Position numbers and translations under genes: made by a program
Assembly (NCBI GenBank): GCA_002403305.1
Contig: DHHM01000017.1
Location: forward strand, 29,298 to 93,297
Source of the DNA: Bacteroidales bacterium UBA4772
GTDB lineage: Bacteria; Bacteroidota; Bacteroidia; Bacteroidales; VadinHA17
Length of the DNA: 64,000 nucleotides
Reading direction: 5' to 3'
Shown: positions 57,302-64,000 of the stretch, piece by piece
Layout: each line of letters begins with the position of its first letter
How positions within the stretch are numbered: the stretch's first letter is position 1
The notes under the pieces: generated by a model
The model's database searches: none
The model's input: only the letters and a program-made list of their open reading frames with translations
Told to the model about the DNA's origin: nothing

Positions 57302-58666
57302 ATGGAAAAGATCACAAAGATTCTGCTGACGGAAAACGAAATGCCCCGCAAATGGTATAATATCATGGCTGACATGCCCAACAAGCCGTTGCCTCCCCTG
57401 AACCCTGCCACCGGCAAACCGGTGGGTCCCGACGATCTTTCGGTCATCTTCCCGATGGAGCTGATAAAACAGGAGGTGTCAACAGAGAGATATATTGAGA
57501 TCCCTGATGAGGTGCTCGATCTTTACCGCACCTTTCGTCCTTCTCCCCTCTTCCGGGCTCATAACCTCGAGAAGGCTCTCGGCACAAAGAGCAAGATCTA
57601 CTACAAGTACGAGGGTGGCAACTATTCCGGGTCACACAAGGCTAACACCGCCATACCGCAGGCCTACTACAACAAGATGGAGGGTGTGAGGCGCATAACC
57701 ACGGAGACCGGGGCAGGCCAGTGGGGCAGTGCCATGAGCTACGCCTGCAACCACTTCGGGCTGGAGCTGCTGGTATTCATGGTCAGGGTAAGCTATGAGC
57801 AGAAGCCCGGACGCAAGCTTATGATGAACGCCTATAATGCCAGGGTGGTACCCTCTCCCAGCACCATGACAGTTGCCGGAAGAAAGGTGCTTGAGCTCGA
57901 TCCCGAATCACCGGGCAGCCTGGGGATCGCTATCTCAGAAGCTATGGAAATCGCCGCCCAGGACCCCTACACCAAATACTCACTGGGGAGCGTGCTCAAT
58001 CACGTCATCCTCCACCAGACGATAATAGGTGAGGAGGCGCTGATACAGTTTGACAAGGCCGGTGACTACCCCGACGTGGTGATAGGCTGCTTTGGCGGAG
58101 GCTCCAACTTCTCCGGCATCTCCTTCCCCTTCCTGCGCGAGAACCTGACGAACGGCAGGCAGACAAGGCTGGTGGCTGTGGAGCCTGCCTCCTGCCCGAA
58201 GCTGACCAGGGGTAAGTTCACTTACGACTTCGGAGACCAGTCGGGCATGACCCCTCTTCTGCCGATGTATACGCTGGGCCATAATTTCATCCCCGACAAG
58301 ATACACGCCGGGGGACTGCGTTATCACGGTGCCGGGGTGCTTGTAAGCCAGCTGCGCAAGGACGGATTTGTTGAGGCGAAAGCCAAGATGCAGCGCGAGT
58401 GCTTTGAGGGGGCCATACTCTTTGCCAGGACTGAAGGCATTCTTCCTGCGCCGGAGTCGTCTTATGCCATCGCGGGTGCTCTTGATGAGGCACGCCGGGC
58501 TGATCTCGAGGGCGTCTCAAAGACCATCCTCTTCAACCTGAGCGGCCACGGTCACTTTGACATCACCGCCTACGAGAAGTATTTTGAAGGTTACCTGCCC
58601 GATCATGAGGCCACCGCAGAGGAGATAGACCTGTCACTGGTAAACTCGGCAGTACCAACCTTTTAA
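57302..58666 (+). CDS. trpB: TrpB2-type tryptophan synthase beta-like protein
   Basis: 454 aa. It has the long N-terminal extension MPRKWYNIMADMPNKPLPPL, then GSHKANTA and TETGAGQWGSA, which is typical of TrpB2. Confidence 0.88.
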   Translation: MEKITKILLTENEMPRKWYNIMADMPNKPLPPLNPATGKPVGPDDLSVIFPMELIKQEVSTERYIEIPDEVLDLYRTFRPSPLFRAHNLEKALGTKSKIYYKYEGGNYSGSHKANTAIPQAYYNKMEGVRRITTETGAGQWGSAMSYACNHFGLELLVFMVRVSYEQKPGRKLMMNAYNARVVPSPSTMTVAGRKVLELDPESPGSLGIAISEAMEIAAQDPYTKYSLGSVLNHVILHQTIIGEEALIQFDKAGDYPDVVIGCFGGGSNFSGISFPFLRENLTNGRQTRLVAVEPASCPKLTRGKFTYDFGDQSGMTPLLPMYTLGHNFIPDKIHAGGLRYHGAGVLVSQLRKDGFVEAKAKMQRECFEGAILFARTEGILPAPESSYAIAGALDEARRADLEGVSKTILFNLSGHGHFDITAYEKYFEGYLPDHEATAEEIDLSLVNSAVPTF

Positions 58667-58672
58667 ATAATG

Positions 58673-58719
58673 ACTGCCGACTGTGAACTGCCGACTGCCG
58701 ACTGCCGACTGTGAACTGC
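58673..58719. repeat. heptamer repeat (ACTGCCG)n interrupted twice by TGA, the reverse complement of the 6352 array unit
   Basis: Read directly as ACTGCCG ACTG TGA ACTGCCG ACTGCCG ACTGCCG ACTG TGA ACTGC. Confidence 0.9.
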
Positions 58720-58789
58720 TTCCAGCCACCGGAGCTTTCTTCGACATCCGTAGTTTTAACGTAGGATGTAGCGAAGGTGGCCGACTGAA

Positions 58790-61432
58790 TCAGCTGCACT
58801 TCGATGCCCCGCAGTCGGTGCAACGCAGGCATCCCTCCTGGTAAACGAGGTTCGTGGAGCCGCAGTTCTCGCATTTGCCCTTGGCCTTTGTGCCATTGGG
58901 GATATACCGCTTGAGCGAGCGCTCCACCCCGTTTTTCCAGGTGTTGATAGACTCACTGTCGAGCTTCATCGATGAGACCAGCTCAACAACATCCTTGGCC
59001 GGCATTCCGTAACGGAGGACGCCGGAGATGAGGCGCGCGTAGTTCCAGAACTCTGGCTTGAACATGTGCGACAGCCCGCCGAGGGTGTTCTTGTAACCGT
59101 ACTTGTCGGTATACTGGAAGTCGTACCGGGTGTTACCCGCATCATCCTTGTTCTTGATGATGCGTCCCTTGACAATGCTCTTGGGTATGGGGAACATCTC
59201 GTCATCCTGGAGGCCGGTGAAGATCTCATACGGGACTCCCTCCTTCAGTCCTACGAAGGCGATCCACTTCTCCTCGTTGTTCTGGAAGCGGATCACGTCT
59301 GCCTCAAGAACCTTGGGCCTCAACGGCGACCATTCGTTTTTCTTTTCGCTTTTGCTGTTGGAGACGAGAACCCCGGCCCTTGATCCGTCACGGTATACCG
59401 TTGCCCCCTTGCATCCCTCCTTCCAGGCGGTGAGGTAGAGCTCGGAGACAAGCTCCTCCTTTGCCTCGGCCGGGAGGTTGATGGTGACACTGATAGAGTG
59501 ATCCACCCACTTCTGAATGGCCCCTTGCATGCGAACCTTGGCAACCCAGTCGACATCGTTGGCGGTGGCCTTGTAGTAGGGTGACTTGGCTACGATGGCA
59601 TTTATGTCTCCTTCCGACATGTTTTTCACCTCCTCATAGTTGTATCCGTTGACCTTCATCCAGTCGATGAACTTGTGATGGAACACCACAAACTCCTCCC
59701 AGTGGTCTCCCACCTCGTCAACGAAGTTTACCTTCACATCCTTGTCGTTTGGATTGACCTTGCGACGTCGCTTGTAGAAGGGCATGAAGACCGGTTCAAT
59801 GCCTGAGGTGGTCTGGCTCATGAGGCTGGTGGAACCGGTTGGTGCTATGGTCAGCAGCGCTATATTGCGCCTGCCGTTCTTCTCCATCCCGGCCACCATC
59901 TCAGGGTCGGCCTCGCGCAGGCGGGTGATAAAGGGATTGTTTTTCTCCCTCTCACTGTCGTATATCGGGAAGGCTCCCCTCTCTGTAGCCATAATCGTTG
60001 ATGCCCTGTAGGCCTCCACGGCCAGGGTACGGTGAACGTTCACGGAGAATTCAGTAGCCTCATCGGTGCCGTAACGCAGTCCGAGAGCGGCAAGCATGTC
60101 GCCCTTGCCGGTGATGCCTATGCCTGTGCGCCTTCCCTCGCTTGTCTTGTGCCGTATGTTTTCCCACATGTTGCACTCCACCCTCTTCAGCTCCGGGTCT
60201 TCAGGGTCGGCTTCGATCTTGGCGATGATGGCATCGATCTTCTCCTGCTCGAGGTCGATGATGTCATCCATGATACGCTGTGACAGGTGAACATGCTGTT
60301 TGAACAGGTCGAAATCAAACGAGGCCTCCGGGGTAAACGGGTTCCTGACATAGCTGTATAGGTTGATGGCTATGAGCCTGCAGCTGTCATAGGGACAGAG
60401 GGGTATCTCACCGCACGGGTTGGTCGATACCGTCTCATAGCCGAGGTCGGCATAACAGTCTGCCACGCTCTCCTTCCTGATGGTATCCCAGAAGAGAACG
60501 CCGGGCTCAGCCGATTTCCACGCGTTGTGTACAATCTTGTTCCACAGCTTGCGGGCATCGATATCCTTTACAAACTTCGGGTTGTCGGACTTGATGGGGT
60601 ACTGCTGACGGAAGCTCTTACCGTTCACCACGGCATCCATGAACTCGTCGGTGATCTTCACCGAGACGTTGGCCCCCGTTACTTTACCCGCCTCCAGCTT
60701 GGCGTCGATGAAGCTCTCTGCATCAGGGTGCTTGATTGAGATGGAGAGCATCAGCGCCCCGCGGCGGCCGTCCTGTGCCACCTCACGGGTGGAGTTGGAA
60801 TAGCGCTCCATGAAGGGCACGACACCCGTGGAAGTCAGTGCGCTGTTGAGCACCGGGGAACCCTTCGGGCGTATGTGGGAGAGGTCATGGCCTACGCCGC
60901 CGCGGCGCTTCATGAGCTGTACCTGCTCCTGGTCTATCTTCATGATGCCGCCGTATGAGTCAGATTCACCCTTGTTGCCAATGACAAAGCAGTTGGAAAG
61001 AGATGCAATCTGGTAGTCATTGCCTATGCCGGTCATCGGCCCGCCCTGGGGAATGATATATCTGAAATCCCTGAAGGCCTCATAGATGGTCTCCTCCGGA
61101 AGCGGGTTCGGGTATATTTTCTCAATACGGTGAATCTCCGAAGCAAGACGGCGGTGCATGTCGTCAGGACTCTTCTCGTAGAGGTTGCCGTAAGAGTCCT
61201 TGAGCGCATATTTGCTTGCCCATACCTTTGCAGCAAGGTCATCGCCGCCGAAGTACCCGCGCGTCGCTATCAGAGCCTCGTCGTACGTATATGTCTTTTT
61301 TGTACTACGGGCTGATGACCTGCTCTTTTTCTCCCCCACTGTCTCCTCTTTTTGCACTTTCTTCTCCTCCTTGTTTGACATCTCCTTTTCGTTAAGGGCG
61401 ACAGGAACTGTATGGACAAATGAATCTTCCAT
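58790..61432 (-). CDS. nrdJ: class II (adenosylcobalamin-dependent) ribonucleotide reductase
   Basis: About 880 aa. It has the NPCGEIPL catalytic-Cys region, TIAPTGS, and a C-terminal CxxC...CxxC tail. The ATG at 61432 is preferred over the track TTG. Confidence 0.9.
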   Translation of the reverse strand: MEDSFVHTVPVALNEKEMSNKEEKKVQKEETVGEKKSRSSARSTKKTYTYDEALIATRGYFGGDDLAAKVWASKYALKDSYGNLYEKSPDDMHRRLASEIHRIEKIYPNPLPEETIYEAFRDFRYIIPQGGPMTGIGNDYQIASLSNCFVIGNKGESDSYGGIMKIDQEQVQLMKRRGGVGHDLSHIRPKGSPVLNSALTSTGVVPFMERYSNSTREVAQDGRRGALMLSISIKHPDAESFIDAKLEAGKVTGANVSVKITDEFMDAVVNGKSFRQQYPIKSDNPKFVKDIDARKLWNKIVHNAWKSAEPGVLFWDTIRKESVADCYADLGYETVSTNPCGEIPLCPYDSCRLIAINLYSYVRNPFTPEASFDFDLFKQHVHLSQRIMDDIIDLEQEKIDAIIAKIEADPEDPELKRVECNMWENIRHKTSEGRRTGIGITGKGDMLAALGLRYGTDEATEFSVNVHRTLAVEAYRASTIMATERGAFPIYDSEREKNNPFITRLREADPEMVAGMEKNGRRNIALLTIAPTGSTSLMSQTTSGIEPVFMPFYKRRRKVNPNDKDVKVNFVDEVGDHWEEFVVFHHKFIDWMKVNGYNYEEVKNMSEGDINAIVAKSPYYKATANDVDWVAKVRMQGAIQKWVDHSISVTINLPAEAKEELVSELYLTAWKEGCKGATVYRDGSRAGVLVSNSKSEKKNEWSPLRPKVLEADVIRFQNNEEKWIAFVGLKEGVPYEIFTGLQDDEMFPIPKSIVKGRIIKNKDDAGNTRYDFQYTDKYGYKNTLGGLSHMFKPEFWNYARLISGVLRYGMPAKDVVELVSSMKLDSESINTWKNGVERSLKRYIPNGTKAKGKCENCGSTNLVYQEGCLRCTDCGASKCS

Positions 61433-61671
61433 GGATCTCAAAAAAATATTAAAGTTTGATAATAAGTTACTTAATCTACCTTCCGTAAGAATGAACCGGT
61501 TTTGCTAAAATAGACAAGCCGGTCAGAGGAGACAAGAAGAAAATACCTCTTTTATCAACATATATATCAACTTTTATGAACTTTGTGGATGCCATCTGTC
61601 CATGTCTCGCAAACTGCTCTTCATGCCCGCCAACCTGACCTCCGGCCATTTATCACGCCCGGCACGCTGAT

Positions 61672-61702
61672 AAAAAAGAAAGCTGCCTCGCTTTGAGACA
61701 GC
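61672..61702 (-). terminator. intrinsic terminator of the lipoprotein gene
   Basis: On the minus strand, GCTGTCTC-AAAGC-GAGGCAGC (one mismatch) is followed by TTTCTTTTTTA. Confidence 0.5.
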
Positions 61703-61770
61703 CTCTTTTATTATCTCTCACGCAACTTATGCTGCGTGTCACATACTTATGGTATAAAGTATCGTATTAC

Positions 61771-63267
61771 TTACTTCGAACTTACGTGGCTGAAATAAAT
61801 ACTATTTGAAAGCTGCGGTGATCCGCCATAAGAGCCCTTCGGTGCAATAACCGTCAGTTGGTCTCCCACTTTAATGCCTTTGTCAGCTATCAGGTATTTT
61901 CTATCGTCACCAGTTGCACCATAACCCGGATAACAGCCATACACGTAGATTTCACTGTCGCCGTCTTTCAAATAAAGATTACCATATGTATCACTGGTAA
62001 TCGATGTAATTTCACCGGTTACCATAAAGTAGGTACTGGCATCGTCAGGTTTAGTCAGCACCTCTGCAATGGTTGCCGTTGTTACAGGAATAGAGCTTTC
62101 CAATACAGCAGAGCTTACTTGTGGATTTCCATTATATGCGGCACGTTTTCCGACAATAGTGATGATGTCACCCACTTTTAAACCTTTGGTACTGAAATCC
62201 TGAATACCATATACATAGACCTCACCTGAGAAATCTCTCAGGTATAAATTGCCATATGTGGGATTGGTAATACTGGTTATCACACCTGCCAGGCGATACT
62301 GAGTGTCACCAACTTCAGCCGCAAGAAACTCGGCAATAGATGCCTCCACAATCGCTCCTGTCTGGCTAAGTGATGTTTGTGAAGAATAGTCTTTAGTCCC
62401 GTCAGTGGTATGGAATGTGATTGTGGTTCCGCGGTCTCCGCCTGTATTGGCAGAGGCTTTGAATTTCACAACAGCATACGTTCCTTCCGATTGAATGGAG
62501 GAAATTGACAACCAGGATTCGGCATCTTCAGGAATTTCTACCGATACGCCTTGTCCTTTGCAGGTAAGGTATGCAATAAATTCACCACCTTCGATAGGAA
62601 GTACTGCGTTTTCAACAGAATCAACTTTAATCAGTGATTTGTTGATTGTGATAACCGTTACATTTACCAATTCCACCGTTGATCCGTAGGTAGTTTTTGG
62701 TCCCTGAACAGTTACTTCATCGCCCACCTCAAGTCCTAAACTCAAAAAGTTTTTCGTACCACCCTTCGCATCAAGAGTACCATAGATATAAATAGAACCT
62801 GTTGCATCCTCCAAGTACCAGTTACCGTAAGTTGTGTTGGTAATTGCTGTACAAACCCCGGTTACCTGATAGGTCTTGCTGTCTGGTCCGGCAATTACAT
62901 CCGCACAGGTGGCAGTTTCAATTGTTGCCAGACCCTGGATGACGTTTACTCTCTGAGTTTTGTCTCCACATTGAATTTTTACCTCTCCGGTGCGACCATC
63001 CAGGGTAGATTCAGCTGAAAACGTAAGCGTTGATTCACCGGCACTGCCAGAGGTTGAAGAGATAGTCAGCCATTGTAAACTGTTCTCTACTGTCCAGCTA
63101 TCATTGGCTGTTACGGTAATGGATGTAGAACCACCCGCTACCGGGATAGACACGTATGACGACGATACCTGAATTTCATCAAGCAACGTCACAGAGAATT
63201 CATCGTCACAGCTTATCATCAGGGCAACTGACGCGATGAATAATGGGAAAAAGTATTTTAATTTCAT
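61771..63267 (-). CDS. surface lipoprotein: BACON - OB-like - BACON - OB-like - OB-like
   Basis: Lipobox ALMISC. Two BACON-like segments are present (SWTVENSLQWLTISSTSG and ESWLSISSIQSEG). Three internal repeats share ITxxTYGN(L/W)YLxDxxGxIY(V/I)YG ... VGDxxTV. Confidence 0.6.
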   Translation of the reverse strand: MKLKYFFPLFIASVALMISCDDEFSVTLLDEIQVSSSYVSIPVAGGSTSITVTANDSWTVENSLQWLTISSTSGSAGESTLTFSAESTLDGRTGEVKIQCGDKTQRVNVIQGLATIETATCADVIAGPDSKTYQVTGVCTAITNTTYGNWYLEDATGSIYIYGTLDAKGGTKNFLSLGLEVGDEVTVQGPKTTYGSTVELVNVTVITINKSLIKVDSVENAVLPIEGGEFIAYLTCKGQGVSVEIPEDAESWLSISSIQSEGTYAVVKFKASANTGGDRGTTITFHTTDGTKDYSSQTSLSQTGAIVEASIAEFLAAEVGDTQYRLAGVITSITNPTYGNLYLRDFSGEVYVYGIQDFSTKGLKVGDIITIVGKRAAYNGNPQVSSAVLESSIPVTTATIAEVLTKPDDASTYFMVTGEITSITSDTYGNLYLKDGDSEIYVYGCYPGYGATGDDRKYLIADKGIKVGDQLTVIAPKGSYGGSPQLSNSIYFSHVSSK

Positions 63268-63284
63268 ATTGCCTGTACTTTTTA

Positions 63285-64000
63285 TTAGTTGAAAATATAT
63301 TTGATGCCGATTAAAGCATACCAGCACTGACCCAATGTGTAGCTTGGTGTGAAGGTTTTGGTATCACCATTGATTGAAGAGGGTGTGGAGAATGTAGCCA
63401 CACCATCAGCATCCACACCTTCATATTTGAGAATACGAGCTTCCGAACCGATTGCCGGATTCAGATATTTGCCGACGCCCCATTCAGAATTAAACAGGTT
63501 CAACATATTTTTGAGATCGAGGCTAAGTTGCAGCCTGTGTTTGTCTTTGCCTGCAATAAAAACAAAATCGTGTTTGTAGCCAAAGTCAATGCGATGAACC
63601 CAGGGAGAGTAAACGCTATAGGGCTCTGCATATTCCCCCTGGTGATTTTTCAAATAACTATTGGCATGAACATAGTCCATAAAGCGGGTTTTGTCGTCTG
63701 CCGAAACAAATCGGAATTGATTGCTTTCCACATCAGCGTCGGTAGGAACATAGATTGCATCGTAGTTGTAACCGTCACTGTTGATATCGTTAATCATCAT
63801 GTATGAGTATTTTGCTCCACCATGCCATGCTTCATAGATAAAGCTATAGTGATTACCGCTCTTATCGTGGGTAGTAAGTGAAGCCACCAGACGATCGGGT
63901 GTGGTGTATTGGGAATTATGCAATCTGATGAAGTTGGGGCCTTCCACCGTGGGCACGTATGTAAATGCAGATTCTGCATTAGATCCCGGCATACCTGTTA
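63285..64000 (-). CDS. TonB-dependent receptor, C-terminal part (5' end outside window)
   Basis: The frame is open to the window edge. It shows beta-barrel strand periodicity and ends ...YALIGIKYIFN, with an aromatic residue near the terminus. Confidence 0.65.
   Translation of the reverse strand, partial: TGMPGSNAESAFTYVPTVEGPNFIRLHNSQYTTPDRLVASLTTHDKSGNHYSFIYEAWHGGAKYSYMMINDINSDGYNYDAIYVPTDADVESNQFRFVSADDKTRFMDYVHANSYLKNHQGEYAEPYSVYSPWVHRIDFGYKHDFVFIAGKDKHRLQLSLDLKNMLNLFNSEWGVGKYLNPAIGSEARILKYEGVDADGVATFSTPSSINGDTKTFTPSYTLGQCWYALIGIKYIFN

Noticed and set aside
58790-58880. Cys-rich C-terminal tail of NrdJ (CENCGS...CLRCTDCGASKC) as a possible novel fusion
   Set aside because: A C-terminal zinc-finger-like Cys cluster is an established feature of many class II ribonucleotide reductases.
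61553-61573. AT-rich ATCAACATATATATCAAC upstream of nrdJ as a possible NrdR box
   Set aside because: It is a direct repeat, not a palindrome. I found no second box at the expected helical spacing, and no nrdR gene is in view.

Overview
The window reads as a chromosomal segment of a Bacteroidota genome. Supporting signs are TAnnTTTG -7 promoter boxes ahead of several genes, many lipobox lipoproteins, and TonB-receptor, BACON and DUF4249 content. All product names come from motifs recognised by eye; no searches or folding programs were run.

Left to right:
1. A cellodextrin module: symporter fragment, GH94 phosphorylase, GH9 endoglucanase and a Tat-signal enolase-superfamily epimerase.
2. A small wHTH plus membrane-protein pair, then folB and glnS.
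3. tRNA-Gln(CUG), whose 3' half is duplicated about 7.5 kb downstream. The two copies bracket an AT-rich, integrase-less, decayed island. It holds a lipoprotein split by an in-frame TAG, a TonB-dependent receptor with DUF4249, gene fragments, and an IS3 element whose orfA also carries an in-frame TAG.
4. Envelope genes: an OM barrel, a BACON/propeller lipoprotein, PBP1A, DUF4382, an M48-LysM peptidase, hflKC, mscL, dodecin and ygaU.
5. tcdA-tatD-gltX.
6. tdh and kbl, separated by an adenylate-ligase / carrier-protein / Kbl-paralogue triad. This is the most interesting candidate system in the window.
7. A long biosynthetic block: ilvDBNC-leuACD-(citramalate/IPM synthase scar)-leuB-pheA, then hisGDCBHAF plus a truncated hisI, then a stand-alone trpB2. 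Each unit is preceded by a leader peptide plus intrinsic terminator attenuator (Ile/Leu-rich, His-rich and Trp-containing respectively).
8. nrdJ, and a TonB receptor with a BACON/OB-fold lipoprotein at the right edge.

Small dispersed repeat families occur in intergenic DNA: a heptamer microsatellite, a 17-nt palindrome and a 7-5-7 inverted repeat. I found no CRISPR array, rRNA gene or recognisable defence system.
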